DNA from: Tubulanus polymorphus
Taxonomy: Eukaryota; Animalia; Nemertea
Assembly: GCF_964204645.1 (NCBI RefSeq)
Contig: NC_134026.1
Location: 31,051,432 to 31,115,431 of the forward strand
Reading direction: 5' to 3'
DNA: 64,000 nucleotides
The notes below the pieces were generated by a model, which was not told the origin of the DNA, did no database searches, and saw only the letters and a program-made list of their open reading frames with translations. This document shows positions 35,001 through 49,075 of the stretch, piece after piece; the first letter of the stretch is position 1; each line of letters opens with the position of its first letter. Both the position numbers and the translations under genes were made by a program.

Positions 35001-35753
35001 CTTCAGGCGAACAGCGCAGCAGTCGAGAGTACAGGTCAAGCTAAAGCCGAGGCTCAGTCTCGCGCTGAGGCCGCCAGAATTGAAGGCGAGGCCGCCGTTG
35101 AACAAGCGAAACTGAAAGCGCAGGCGATGAAAATCGAGGCCGAATCCGAGCTGGAACGTTTGACACAAGCTAGAGAAGCTGAAATGAAATTTGTCAAGGA
35201 ACAAAATGATCTGGAACTGGCGAAATCAGCTGAAATGGCGGCGATCACCACCAAGAAATTCAAGGATCAAGTTGATGCTATTGGTGCCGATACAATACGT
35301 GCTATTGCCACTGCTGGACCCGAGTTGCAGGTTAGTAATCTCTCAATAAATACCGCTATCAATCTGCTGTCTGTAACTACTGACCGAGGGGTCGCAGGTC
35401 CCAGTTTCCTTTCATTCAATTTATTTATTCAAATTGATTTGAGAGTTGAACGACCCAGAGTCCAAGCAGCAGATTGTGTGAGGGGCAGGTCGTGACTGCA
35501 GATTGACAGCTTCAAATGACTAATGGATATAGAACAATGATGTATCTGATAATAAAAATAATCTTTTTTTTTTCAGGTGAAACTGCTTCAAGGTTTAGGA
35601 TTGAAAACGACGTTGATCACAGACGGAACAAGTCCGGTCAATCTGTTTAACACGGCTCATGGTTTACTGGGAGGTGGCGCTGTTGTCTCGAGGAAATCAA
35701 AACGTAGTAAGGATGATGATGATGATGACGATGATGACATCAGTTTATCGTAG
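28852..35753 (+). CDS. MVP: Major vault protein (MVP) gene, 11 coding exons, about 874 aa
   Basis: Conceptual splicing of 11 GT-AG exons gives [43 protein letters not shown] / [17 protein letters not shown]...DEWLFEGPG / [12 protein letters not shown]... / ...[18 protein letters not shown] / ...[18 protein letters not shown] / VVFGPE... / ...[33 protein letters not shown] / [15 protein letters not shown]...[16 protein letters not shown] / [19 protein letters not shown]... / [17 protein letters not shown]..(D)n ISLS*. It is collinear with the vertebrate MVP repeat domains, shoulder and cap-helix. All exon phases are consistent and the ORF track covers exons 2, 4, 5, 7 and 10. Confidence 0.9.
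29045..29250 (+). mobile_element. Modular dispersed repeat (family B), fullest copy, in MVP intron 1 just after exon 1
   Basis: Modules CAGTTACCTGACTGTGTTTTAGTTTCACGTTCGGATATTTTCACAAACC / GTCTGAATACCAGTCGTTGTTACGGTT / TAAGCCCATCCGATTATAAAAAGCTTACC..AACGATTAGGTAACTAACTA. The same modules recur at 27700-27790, 28490-28560, 38740-38890 (-), 39190-39310 (-) and 58840-59110 (mixed orientation). Confidence 0.6.
29401..29545 (+). mobile_element. Truncated copy of the same MITE family in MVP intron 1
   Basis: GGGCCCGGTTCCATAG..CTTAAGACCAGTCTAAGACCAAATTAGTTCTATAGCCAATCT... Confidence 0.5.
29832..30151 (+). CDS. MVP: MVP exon 2
   Basis: Acceptor ttttag at 29826-29831. Encodes (R)[23 protein letters not shown]...[14 protein letters not shown]...[29 protein letters not shown](G). 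Donor G|GTACGA at 30152. Confidence 0.88.
30183..31200. repeat. Minisatellite, 60-bp unit x about 17, filling MVP intron 2
   Basis: Unit ATCATCCAACTCAGATATCACTCTCAAGTCAAAAGATCCGACTTGAGCGGAGTCTACTGT. Each unit contains the inverted repeat CAAGTC...GACTTG. ORFs 30140..31321 are artefacts. Confidence 0.95.
31329..31555 (+). CDS. MVP: MVP exon 3
   Basis: Acceptor tttgtag. Encodes (G)[75 protein letters not shown]. Donor AAG|GTTTGT. Confidence 0.88.
31940..32302 (+). CDS. MVP: MVP exon 4
   Basis: Acceptor tgtttatag. Encodes [52 protein letters not shown]...[43 protein letters not shown]. Donor AAA|GTAAGT. Matches ORF 31952..32365. Confidence 0.9.
32383..32532 (+). CDS. MVP: MVP exon 5
   Basis: Acceptor gttttcag. 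Encodes [50 protein letters not shown], near-identical to the human ...[19 protein letters not shown]. Donor AAG|GTAAGA. Confidence 0.9.
32863..33098 (+). CDS. MVP: MVP exon 6
   Basis: Acceptor cggtag. Encodes [40 protein letters not shown]...[25 protein letters not shown](R). Donor AG|GTAAAT. Confidence 0.85.
33332..33529 (+). CDS. MVP: MVP exon 7
   Basis: Acceptor ttgtag. Encodes (R)[65 protein letters not shown](W). Donor TG|GTTAGT. Confidence 0.85.
33756..33900 (+). CDS. MVP: MVP exon 8
   Basis: Acceptor ttttcag. Encodes (W)[48 protein letters not shown]. Donor AAG|GTAAAT. Confidence 0.88.
34279..34493 (+). CDS. MVP: MVP exon 9
   Basis: Acceptor aattccag. Encodes [71 protein letters not shown](K). 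Donor AA|GTAAGT. Confidence 0.88.
34898..35330 (+). CDS. MVP: MVP exon 10 (cap-helix region)
   Basis: Acceptor tttacag. Encodes (K)[64 protein letters not shown]...[25 protein letters not shown]. Donor CAG|GTTAGT. Matches ORF 34773..35495. Confidence 0.9.
35577..35753 (+). CDS. MVP: MVP exon 11 (terminal; stop TAG 35751-35753)
   Basis: Acceptor (T)n-tcag. Encodes [58 protein letters not shown]. Confidence 0.85.
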   Translation: MKLLQGLGLKTTLITDGTSPVNLFNTAHGLLGGGAVVSRKSKRSKDDDDDDDDDISLS

Positions 35754-35772
35754 GAATCATCCTCAACATTCA

Positions 35773-36180
35773 CTGAAAACTTTTAGACCCGGTTCCACAG
35801 TTCTTGGTTAATATCAAACTCTAAAAGACTGGGGCCGGTTCCATAGAAACTTAAGTCCGATAGAGGTTTCAAATCTTAAGACTGGTCTTAACTAGTTAGT
35901 GGCTATAGAACTAAGATGAGATTAGGTTGGTCTTAAGTCTAAGCCATCACTTTGGAACCCGCACAAGAGCTTGTTCCATAGCCGAGACTTAAGTCCAATA
36001 GTCATCTTAAATCTCTAAGTCTGGTCTTAAGATGTTAGATTAACTTTAGAACTAAGATGGTCTTAGATTGGTCTTCAATCTAAGCCATCACTATGGAACC
36101 GGCCCGTCTGGACACAAACTCATTTGATCCGTCCAAGTCTTATCTAACTGACCACCACACTGTGGAACTGGATCTGTCCA
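35773..36180 (+). mobile_element. Composite (two tandem) copies of the same MITE family, immediately 3' of the MVP stop
   Basis: Left terminus GACCCGGTTCCACAGTTC, internal GGGGCCGGTTCCATAG, right terminus CACTGTGGAACTGGATCTGTCC. Interior has CTTAAGTC..GGTCTTAA..TAGAACTAAGATG subrepeats. Confidence 0.55.
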
Positions 36181-36788
36181 TTATGTAGCTAGAAAGTGAA
36201 ATAAAAAGACATAAATTCTAATTCTGTGTAAGAATTTTATAGTTTAATTTTGCCGTGTAAATTACAATTGATCACCCCAGTACATAACTGTGATTATTAA
36301 TATTCTATTCATTCAGAACCACTATAGCTGCTACAATGCCCTAATGTGATAACCTATAATACGTACTATTATATTATTTTGTTGCATAAATTTAACTCTA
36401 TATACAATTGAATAAAGGAACTAATGCACACAAATACAGATTTCTTCTGAGTACATTTACTTATTGGTTTGAGGATACAGTATCACAGTATGAGAGACTA
36501 GTTTGATCTCACAGGACTCAGTCCTCATCACATGAATTAGGAATACAGCGGAACCTCTTTACAAACAAACTTCAGAGCACCAGACAATATGTACGTTTTA
36601 TATCTAGCATGAAATTATTGAAATATATTTTGGATGAAACTAGGTTTTAAATAACTGATAAATTATTTGTATGTCGTAACAAAGTCCCACAGTATTTCAA
36701 ATGTTTTATCAGGCAGGACACATAACAGTCTGAGACAAGGAGAGTCTGAGGCACGCAATAATCCCAGGAAAATGCAGTTAAACTGTTA

Positions 36789-37274
36789 TCAAGTTTTTGT
36801 AAATCCATCGCCAAATCCTGAGGTAGTTTGTAAATCCGGTATTCTATCACACATAGGACAGAGTTGATTTCGTATTTCCGACGATCGCATCCAGATAATC
36901 AGATTACATCGTTCACCGTCTGTTATAGGTAGAGCACCGTGCATGTGCTGCCCCCTGTGCAATAAACCGTAACCCAAACTATGTTTACATTCGTTGCAAT
37001 CACTCGCGTACGTCGGTTCACTTCTCATATTCCCGAAATATAAACAACCATCGTCGAAATCATCGTTTAACGAAACGTTTAAAGTGATTTCCGCGTTATC
37101 GAAATGGAAATTTAATTCCGTATCTTCGCCGTGTTTGTATTTAACGGTGAAAGCTCGGTGCGAATCTACGCTAGCTCCACCTATATCTGCATATAGTAGC
37201 GTAGTTATCGGCTGGAGATATTCTACGCGTAAAATGTCTATAAAATCCTTGAATCCGATTTCATCAAGAAGAAC
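36789..37274 (-). CDS. oxygenase-like exon 3 (catalytic core, stop at 36789-91)
   Basis: Acceptor ttttttag. Translation includes HFDNAE...HGALPITDGERCNLIIWMRS. ORF 36789..37028 plus an upstream in-frame extension. Confidence 0.6.
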   Translation of the reverse strand, partial: VLLDEIGFKDFIDILRVEYLQPITTLLYADIGGASVDSHRAFTVKYKHGEDTELNFHFDNAEITLNVSLNDDFDDGCLYFGNMRSEPTYASDCNECKHSLGYGLLHRGQHMHGALPITDGERCNLIIWMRSSEIRNQLCPMCDRIPDLQTTSGFGDGFTKT

Positions 37275-39097
37275 CTAAAAAAGAGGCGAATATTGAACCT
37301 AAAAGAGGCAAATATTCAACCTAAAAGAGGCGAATATTGAACCTAAAAGAGGCAAATATTCAACCTAAAAGAGGTGAATATTCAACCTAAAAGAGGCAAA
37401 TATTCAACCAATTGAACCTAGAATAGAATACAACAAAACAAGTTAAACTCTGCCTAACTCGGTAGTGTTGGCACTGCTGCAGATATTTCACCGAGTTGAC
37501 AATCAGGGAACTCGGTAGTGTGTTGGCACTGCTGTAGATATTTCACCGAGTTGACAATCAGGGAACTCGGTAGCGTTGGGACTGCTGTAAATATTTCACC
37601 GAGTTGACAATCAGGGAACTCGGTAGTGTGTTGGCACTGCTGTAGATATTTCACCGAGTTGACAATCAGGGAACTCGGTAGTGTGTTGGCACTGCTGTAG
37701 ATATTTCACCGAGTTGACAATCAGGGAACTCGGTAGCGTATTGGGACTGCTGTAGATATTTCACTGAGTTGACAATCAGGGAACTCGGTAGTGTTGGGAC
37801 TGCTGTAGATATTTCACCGAGTTGACAATCAGGGAACTCGGTAGCGTGTTGGGACTGCTGTAGATATTTCACCGAGTTGACAATCAGGGAACTCGGTAGT
37901 GTGTTGGCACTGCTGTAGATATTTCACCGAGTTGACAATCAGGGAACTCGGTAGCGTCGGGACTGCTGTAGATATTTCACTGAGTTGACAATCAGGGAAC
38001 TCAATGGTGTTGAGACTGCTGTAGATATTTCACTGAGTTGACAATCAGGGAACTCGGTAGTGTGTTGGCACTGCTGTAGATATTTCACTGAGTTGAGAAT
38101 CAGGGAACTCAATGGTGTTGAGACTGCTGTAGATATTTCACTGAGTTGACAATCAGGGAACTCGGTAGCGTGTTGAGACTGCTGTAAATATTTCACTGAG
38201 TTGACAATCAGGGAACTCAGTAGTGTTGAGACTGCTGTAAATATTTTACCAAAGCAGGGAAATATATTTTCCAAATAAATTGTCGTTAACTGTGTTAGGA
38301 GCAGTCTAATGTTAATGCCTTAACATACGTATTCAGGTACTTACTCCATATCTATTCATAGTATTCGGTCGTCCTTTAGGAAAATCACTTTTCTCAAAAT
38401 GACTCAATTCTTCTATGAGTTGTTTACAGAATTCACGTGTAAAAACAGGTAATGAGAAAACACGTGGAGCTGACGTCTGTTCAACACGAGACAAGATTCC
38501 ACTCTTAGTCGCTGATTCAGATTTACAATAATCAACAAGATCCACGAATTCCCGACGGAAAAAACTCTCCTGAAAATAAACAGAATGTTTAGCTAAGACA
38601 AGGTCGAGAAAAACAAGGTTGGATTGAGTGTATACGTGATTTGTAGCTATGTTTTGGCCAGAAACTACAAGCCACCAAAACCTAATTAAGGGGTTAAGAT
38701 GAAACATACCCCAGTCTGTATTCATACTAGTGTAGAACCAAGCCGTCGTTCCACAAACAACGGAACCCGTAACAACGACTGGTATTCACACTATATTTAT
38801 ACCCATTGTTAGTTACTTATCGTTGGTGGTAAGCTTTTTATAATCGGATGGGCTTGATTTTGGAAAATATCCGATCGTGAAACTAAACCCCAGACAGGTT
38901 ACTGACTGACCTATTGTGTGTTTGTAGTATACCTGTATATTGTATAGATGAGGATGAAGTGGTTTATATTGAGCTTTGATCAACTTTCGTCTTTCAACTG
39001 ATTGAAAACCGAGTGACTTCCTTCGTTTTACTTCATCGTGAATCTCTGTAAGGACCGATTCAATTTCTTCATCTTTTAAACTTCTTTCTTTAGACAT
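36789..39097 (-). CDS. 2-oxoglutarate/Fe(II)-dependent oxygenase family protein (OGFOD2-like), 3 exons, about 291 aa
   Basis: Exon 1 MSKERSLKDEEIESVLTEIHDEVKRRK...HPHLYNIQ. Exon 2 ESFFRREFVDLVDYCKSE...FPKGRPNTMNRYG. Exon 3 VLLDEIGFKDF...HFDNAEITLNVSLN...GGCLYF...HSLGYGLLHRGQHMHGALPITDGERCNLIIWMRS...*. The H-x-D ... H ... R-x-N/S motifs are typical of the P4H-like 2OG oxygenase fold. GT-AG junctions are all phase 0. Confidence 0.55.
37285..37412. repeat. 22-bp tandem repeat CCTAAAAGAGGCGAATATTGAA x about 5.5
   Basis: Direct reading. Abuts the exon 3 acceptor of the oxygenase-like gene. Confidence 0.9.
37447..38265. repeat. Minisatellite, 53-bp unit x about 15, in intron 2 of the oxygenase-like gene
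   Basis: Unit CTCGGTAGTGTGTTGGCACTGCTGTAGATATTTCACCGAGTTGACAATCAGGGAA. It contains the internal inverted repeat CTCGGT...ACCGAG. ORFs 37454-38274 are artefacts. Confidence 0.95.
38345..38569 (-). CDS. oxygenase-like exon 2
   Basis: Acceptor tttattttcag, donor GGA|GTAAGT. ORF 38333..38725. 75 codons. Confidence 0.55.
38740..38890 (-). mobile_element. Family B repeat copy in intron 1 of the oxygenase-like gene
   Basis: The reverse complement contains CAGTAACCTGTCTGGGGTTTAGTTTCACGATCGGATATTTTCC / AAGCCCATCCGATTATAAAAAGCTTACCACCAACGAT / GTGAATACCAGTCGTTGTTACGGG. Confidence 0.55.
38932..39097 (-). CDS. oxygenase-like exon 1
   Basis: ATG at 39097, donor CAG|GTATAC. Part of ORF 38813..39118. The boundary is +/-1 because of a sequence/track discrepancy near 39060. 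Confidence 0.4.
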
Positions 39098-39189
39098 CTG
39101 AATCAACAACAAACACATGAATCACAGATAGACACCCGTTGGAAACGTTGAAGTGATTAGAGAGAGACTTGTCAACTGATCATGGGTCC

Positions 39190-39310
39190 AATTAGTTACC
39201 GACCTAATCGTTGGTGGTAAGCTTTTTATTTTCGGATGGGCTTATACCAACTATTTATGAAAATATCCGATCGTGAAACTAAACCACAAACAGGTTCCTG
39301 AATAGGGTCC
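39190..39310 (-). mobile_element. Family B repeat copy about 100 bp upstream of the oxygenase-like gene ATG
   Basis: AATCGTTGGTGGTAAGCTTTTTATTTTCGGATGGGCTTATA..ATATCCGATCGTGAAACTAAACCACAAACAGGTTCCTGA. Confidence 0.5.
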
Positions 39311-39837
39311 AATAATAAAGTAATTTTGATTGGTTTTAATTATCCATTAGATGTGACAAAAGACCTGTAGAAAAGATGTCAGTTTAAAAATACCGAACCT
39401 GATTAGAGAATTCTTCATCATTCAAATATTGAACATGTCTCTTCAGATAATGCACGAATATATTGTTTGAATAGAAACATTTACAGATAAATTCATCTCC
39501 CGTTGCGTTACTTCGTCCATCATCTTCCATTTTCTCTTTCTCTATCGTTTATTTTTTCTTACTCGGCAATACTGAATATTCTCGGAGGTACCCTTTAGTG
39601 AATCGACACGGCGCCGCGCGCGAGCGGCTGTGCTTTAAAGATACAAGATACAAGATGCGATACGTTATTGAGTCTCTCATCAACAAATACAATAAAACAG
39701 GACTATAAACAAATATCAAAATCATTGCTCGCAGGCGGCCGGGTCGGGCGGGCCAATGAGTAGTCTAAATATTAGTACCTAGCCGTTGTTCCTCAAACAA
39801 CACGATTAATTCAGCTCCTTTTATCAGAAAGCTCAAG

Positions 39838-42597
<2,760 letters not shown>

Positions 42598-45500
42598 GTA
42601 CATATGCCTGTTATATATCTGTATTACATGTACATGTCACATTCATTATTGATTTTATCAAATCCTGACAACTGTTCAGCTGGATGCTGATTGTTTGTTT
42701 GCTGTGAGATAATCTAAGCTCATCTTGCTTTTGGCATCTTCATGTGTTCTTCAAACTTTTGAAACTTTTCCCGTTGAATTACAGACTCCCCTCTCCATCT
42801 CCTCTCCCCTATTGAATTCATCAGAATGCATCACTTATTTTATATCATATCATTATTTACCATCAAAGAAGGCCTCAGGCAGCCACATTAATCAATCTAT
42901 TTGTCATTGGAACTACTTTTTGTTCAGAAGAATATGCGCCTTCACGTATATTCCGCCGTGCTTCACAGACACGTGCGCGCCACAAGACTCGCTGCAATGT
43001 GATCTGTGCGTGTACTGTATATGAAAAGTGTGCCTCTCGTGTTGTGGCCTAGTTGAAAGTTTTCCAGGAAAGTGTATCTGATTCAACTGCCAGGGTTTGT
43101 AAATGATTCACGGACCGGCCGTGAAAAGCAGTGAATTTAATAGTAGGCCAGTGAAACGGGGGTGTTATTAAAAACTATGCACTACTAAAACGAAAACCTA
43201 TGCACTTAGAGGTGTAAGAACTATGCATGACTAAAACGAAGTCCGATGAGCTATTGCACTCATTAGAAATCATCACTAGGGTTCCTATCTGTGTATTCAA
43301 CCATCTCTGCTAATTAGTGTAGGCAATTATACAAACAAATGCATGTGAAACGTAAATTGGTCGGTTTTCTCCGGTGCATATAGTCTTTTTATTTAGTAGT
43401 GCTTCGTTTTAGTAACACTTGTTGCTTAACTCAACGAATGACAAATTTCAAAATCATATTTATTCTCATACAACAATTATACAAAATGCCAGGTTTGTGC
43501 TCGAGGAATTATAACGTAAGCTCCTCAAACACGTGGACTTTCAAAAACAATTAGTCCAACCACCATAGGCGTATAAACTATAAATGAGTGTTTATACGCC
43601 CCTTGGTCCAAACATAGACTCTAAAACAAAAAAGTCTATGGCCCAACCATGGACTCAATTGTCCATGGCCCCCGCACTAAAACCAGAGATAAACCTGGCC
43701 AAATACTCTGGAAAGCGTAGGATTAAGTAATCAATCTGATTTACATTCTTAACATCATTTTATTTTCACATGTCAAATTATTTACTTTTAGCTCATTTTC
43801 TCAAATTTTAATAGTAATTTTATTTGTATTACCATGTATGAAATTGTACTAACTTAAAAACCACAAAAGTTAAATGTAAGGTATTTATAAGTGTTTATAT
43901 ATGATACATTTCCACTACAGCTGATTTATACAATTTGCATCAATAAGAAAATAACAAAAGTACACAAAGAATTGTAATTTTTGATCCATAAAACACCAAA
44001 AAAAGGACTAGTCTGGAAGTCTAAGATTATGAATTTAACAATTCATGAGGTCAATACAACCGACACTTTGTTATATTTCATGAAATATGAATCTATCATC
44101 GTCAACTTTTCAAATGACATCGAGATTGAGGACATCTCAGTTGTCAAGAAAAAGCTCAACTTTATTCGATAGGACCTTAATAAATCAGTGTTTTATGAAC
44201 AATTGACATGAACGTGTCATTTGATCCCCACAACAACAATCATACCTAAATGACAGGTATTCATATACTTGGGGAAGTGCCTCAGTCATTTACAAAAACA
44301 TGACCTGTATTTCAAAAAAGTCTCCAACATAAAATATAAAAACCAGAGATAAAAACACAAATTCAAACTGGAAAGCTTATGATTAACTAAACAGTCTTTG
44401 ATTTAATTTTCATCAACATTATTTTAATTACGATAATTAATATAATTTAAGATAACTAAGAGTTTTGCCACCTTTGCCTTGTCTTTAAGAGTCCATATAT
44501 TGCTGGCACAATCTGCTAATTAACACTGTTCATATATCCTCATTTATCAACAGACTGCTCCTCTATTTTGCTACTCTATTTTCCATAAGGCCCTTAATGA
44601 AAATAGTATTTTATGAACCATTGATGAGCACCACAGTAAAAAAATTACAATAAACGTAACTAAACAATTGAACAGTTTTAACATGAATGACGAACATGTC
44701 TGTCATTTATTCTTGCACAACAATTTTACCCTGGTGGCTTAAAACAGTTCAAAATAAAAACATTAAAACCTACAAATTCACTCACTCTGGAAAGCGTATG
44801 GTTAACTAATTAATCTTAATTATTATTAGAAAACTAAAATCATTGCCAAATTTTCCTCGTCTTTAAGAGATTTCTTCAAACATTATCAACTACTTTTTTC
44901 ACAAATTTTACATTTGAAACAAAGCAGGGTCTGATTTAAGCAGAGATGAGAAACTCAGATTCCCTCTGGAACTCTTAGTATCAATTAATCATTACTTTCA
45001 CTAGAAAACTAGAATTTTGCTAATTTTGCCTTGTCTTAAAGATTTCCAAACACCTCGACATTACATACTAAGTATTTTGACGTTTTTCCTGGCAGCTTCA
45101 ACATAATTATACAATCGGTAACTAATCAATAACATCAATAACTTTCTAAAAAGTAAAATGTATGTACCAGATTTTAGATAGTAAGTCTACCCCAGTATAA
45201 CAATAAACAGTCGCAGCAGTGATTGAGCGCGGCTAGTTGAAAGGACGGGTCGATCTTTCATCACAGTTATTCAAAGCATTCTATCATATCGGTTATTTTT
45301 TTAAAATGTTTTCTATTTAGTTAAGGTTTATGGTTATTTGTTTTGTTCATTACAATAACTGAGTTGATAGAATGCTTTGAATAACAACAGAAAAGATCTC
45401 GGGTTTTCGCTATACTTAGGGAAGGTTGTTCGATAAATGAAGAACCTTGTTGATAAATATTTGAAAAAATGCCTTTTCATGTAAATAGAATATTAATTTG

Positions 45501-47039
45501 TTGTTTGTTTGTATTGTTGTTTATTCTACTTATCATTTATTGGTTTTTTTTTATTTTTTAGAATTAATTTATGTACTTGTAGTTTGTAGTTATGTATTAT
45601 TTATACTCCTCTATTTACAACTGCAGGCATTTTTTCACTGTAAAGTTCTGGGCCCATTTTAAGAAAGCGCTACTGATTCACTGCCACTCCTTAATAATCA
45701 TTATACACCCGATTTGAAGCTAAGTGATTATTCACGAGAGCCATCTCGTGATATGGATTTACCCATTACAATTAAAGAAGTTCAAACAGCTATAAACAAT
45801 GTTAAAACGTTAAAAATTAGTCCTAGCTATAACTTTATGCCTTGTTATTCCTAGCTTTACCTCTCAAATGTAAATAATGGTCTCCTTTCAGATAAAGCTT
45901 TAGTTTTCAAATACGTAGATATGATCATCAAACAGATTGATGGAGGCTTAAATCGAAATCTACGATTTGTTTTAAAATTTTTCAAATTGGTTACCTTCGA
46001 AAATATCAATGCCATCAAATTTGTACATCTACAATTCAGCAAATAGTTAATATTTGTACATCAACACTGGTCTAACGTTATGTTCTATGTTTCCTAACTA
46101 TGTGATATCTACACGGACTTATGTTTAACTATGGTAAGTTGGAAGATTAAACTCACAATTCATGTTGAAAGTGTATCTCAGTTTAGGAGTTAACTCAACA
46201 AACCTACGAGTCAAAACTAGGCACTCAACATGACCATTTACCCCTAGTGACAAACCTAACTTGTCTTATCTATCGACCAAGGATCGAAGACCAAAATCGT
46301 GCATTAATGGAGCTTAGCTTTTATTAGACTCTCACATTGCATAAACATTATCAAATAGTTTCCTCGAAAACACCATATTATCCATCAGACTGGTTTGAAA
46401 AAGGTGATAAGCAAAAAAATCAATACTTTACTACAGAAATCCGCTATTGTCTTCGCCGCTCCTGGATCTCAGTGTTTATAACATGCACTATTATCTATGC
46501 TGCTCCTAATAAGATACACTATTGTCTTTGCTGCTTTTAAAACAGTGTTTATCCTGAATCAGTGTTTATGAGATAATCCATTAGCTTTGTCACTTGAATC
46601 AGTGTTTATAAGATTCACTATTGTCTCTGCTGCTCCTGATATCTAATGTTTTATAGAAATCAACCACCGATTGTAGAAGAATCCATCATTGAGTGATTAA
46701 TCCGTTGCTGGATCCTCAATTTTTCATCTGGGCTTCTGCAGTTTTCATCAGCAAATGGGTCGATCAGTATTCATCTACTTGTGAGTGTCTTCTTCAGGCC
46801 AATTTTTCCGAGATGTAGTTTGGCTGAAACAAAGTGAAGAAAGCAAAACATTTCAGACAGATTTATCATAATTTACGTGTCATTTCAAATTACAAGCCAA
46901 CCTGTTTTTCACAAAGTAAAATTCATTGACGTCAATTGCTGATTTAAACCCCAATAATTAATTGCAGTAGTAGGACTAGTTCATCACTGTTTAATACTAG
47001 TGAAGATAAAAGTTCAGCCATGTGGACAGGTAAATAGAT

Positions 47040-48050
47040 TGCGATGATAGCCACTTATGAAATGATATTCATTTGAGGACTGAAATTTCTATATACAGGT
47101 AATTTCATGTATATCAACTTACCTTAAAAGATTGCTGGGTTCAGTTCTGGCCTTTTCTGTGCACCGTTCCAGTTTGTAGATTTTGGATTGGTTGATGCAA
47201 TTGGTTGATGCATTTGATTCAAGCTTGGATGTTCAGTGGGCGGAGCTTATCTGTAGATTTTTGATGAGTCATTGATTTAAAGCTGGGTAGTTTCATATAG
47301 ATAGGATTTAGCTGAAATGAGCAAACAAATATATCCTGTAATGACAAAATATTTCATTTAGAATTTATCGACATAATTCCACATATATCAAGTTACCTTT
47401 TATGATTGCTGGTTTCATTATCGGCGATTATCTTATTAATTGGTTAGTTAATGAGTTGTATTCTAGTTGGCCTCATCTGTGCACTGTTCCAGTTGGTCGA
47501 TTTTGGACGAGTAGTTGATCTCAAGCTGGGTTTTTTCTTATAGTTGAAATTTAGCTGCAATGATTAAAAGAAGATATCCTGTAATGAAAAAATATTTCAT
47601 TTAGAATTTATCGAAATAATTCCATGTATATCAAGTTACCTTTTATGATTGCTTGGCTATCGGCGATTATCCTATTAGTTGGTTAGTTAGTTGGCCTCAT
47701 CTGTGCACTGTTCCAGTTGGTCGATTTTGGACGAGTAGTTGATCTCAAACTGGGTTTTTCTCATAGTTGAAATTTGGCTGCAATGATTAAAAGATATCCC
47801 GTAATGACAAAATATTTTATTCAGAATTTATCGAAATAATTTCATGTATATCAAGTTACCTTTAATGATTGCTATGTTCTTAATCGGCGTGGATCATCTT
47901 AAGTTTGTTTGTTGATAAGTTGGATTCTTGTTGGCCTCATCTGTGCGCTGTTCCAGTTGGTCGATTTTAGATGAGTAGTTGATCTCAAACTGGTTTTTTC
48001 TCATAGTTGAAATTTAGCTGCAATGATTAAAAGAAGATAAATAGAAGCGA
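47040..48050. repeat. Satellite of about 230-260-bp unit x 4, with degenerate partial copies at 48440-48620
   Basis: The blocks ...GGCCTCATCTGTGCACTGTTCCAGTTGGTCGATTTTGGACGAGTAGTTGATCTCAA(G/A)CTGGGTTTTTCTCATAGTTGAAATTTAGCTGCAATGATTAAAAG...CATGTATATCAAGTTACCTTTTATGATTGC recur four times. Confidence 0.85.
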
Positions 48051-48689
48051 GAAAATTTTGGTGGTTCATAATGTGAGGACCCATAGGTCGAAAAGTACAT
48101 CGAGATGAGTCGCAAAAAACGGCAACACTTCCAGGAAGGATTGAACTTTTATATATTTCAATTCCAAGTATGCAAATTCTCATATATGAAAACGTACCAT
48201 TACTTAGTGCTAAAAAGCAGGGTTTTTACGTGTTTTTCAAGAATAAGTCCCCTAAAAATAACTTGATCACTATGAAATTTTTGTTGGCTCGAGAACTCAT
48301 TATAAGCCAAACCATGACACCAAAAATCAACAGCCAATGTTTATGCCTTGTTGACACACCGGTACTCTATTCATTTTCAATGAAAACTGCTTCTCCAGAC
48401 CATTTGCATAGGTAAACCTACGGTTCGCCAAAAATCAACTTACATTTCAAGTTTGCTGGGTTCAGTATCGGTTAAAATGTTCTAAGTTCGTATCAAATAT
48501 CAAATTACCTTTTATGATGGCTGGGTTCATTATCGGAGGATCTCCTAAGTTGGTTGGTTGAGTTTCATCCAAATTGGCCCCTTCTGTGCACTGTTCTCTA
48601 ATCGGCAGATCTTAGTTGATGAGCTCTCGTTCGACTTTTTGAGTTGGTGTCCCTTACGATCGTGACACACCTGCCAGGAGCGAAACAGG

Positions 48690-49075
48690 CGGGAATTGAA
48701 GTACAGATATAGTTGGTTGATCGTCGGTCGATTTTACATCATTTTTTTCGGAATCGAAGTACAGATATAGTTGTGTGATCGTCGTTCGATTTTACATCAT
48801 TTTTTTCGGAATCGAAGTACAGATATAGTTGTGTGATCGTCGGTCGATTTTAAATAATTTCTTTTCGATAATTTTACAATATTTGGTCTTTTTTCACGTA
48901 GTCCGAAAGGTTACAAGGTTGAAGATGATTTTGTCTAAACGTTTTTTTCGAAATCGGAGTACAGATATAGTTGTGTGATCGTCGGTCTATTTTACATCAT
49001 TTTTTTGGGAATCGAAGTACAGATATAGTTGTGTGATCGTCGGTCGATTTTACTTAATCTTTTTTCAAAATCGAA
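48690..49075. repeat. 58-bp tandem repeat x about 5 (GGAATCGAAGTACAGATATAGTTGTGTGATCGTCGGTCGATTTTACATCATTTTTTTC), part of a dispersed family also at 16230-16440, 16490-16600 and 48620-48690
   Basis: Shared segment GAGTTGGTGTCCCTTAC..ACACCTG(G/C)C(G/A)GGAGCGAAA..GGAAATCGAAGTAC(T/A)GA(T/C)A(T/G)AGTTGTGTGATC at three loci. Confidence 0.8.

Noticed and set aside
45690-45850. Possible LINE reverse-transcriptase fragment (ITIKEVQTAINNVKTLKISPSYNFM resembles the RT N-terminal ..LKxxKSPGxDGI box)
   Set aside because: It is too short and degenerate, with stop codons on both sides and no downstream RT motifs, so it is not callable without a database search.
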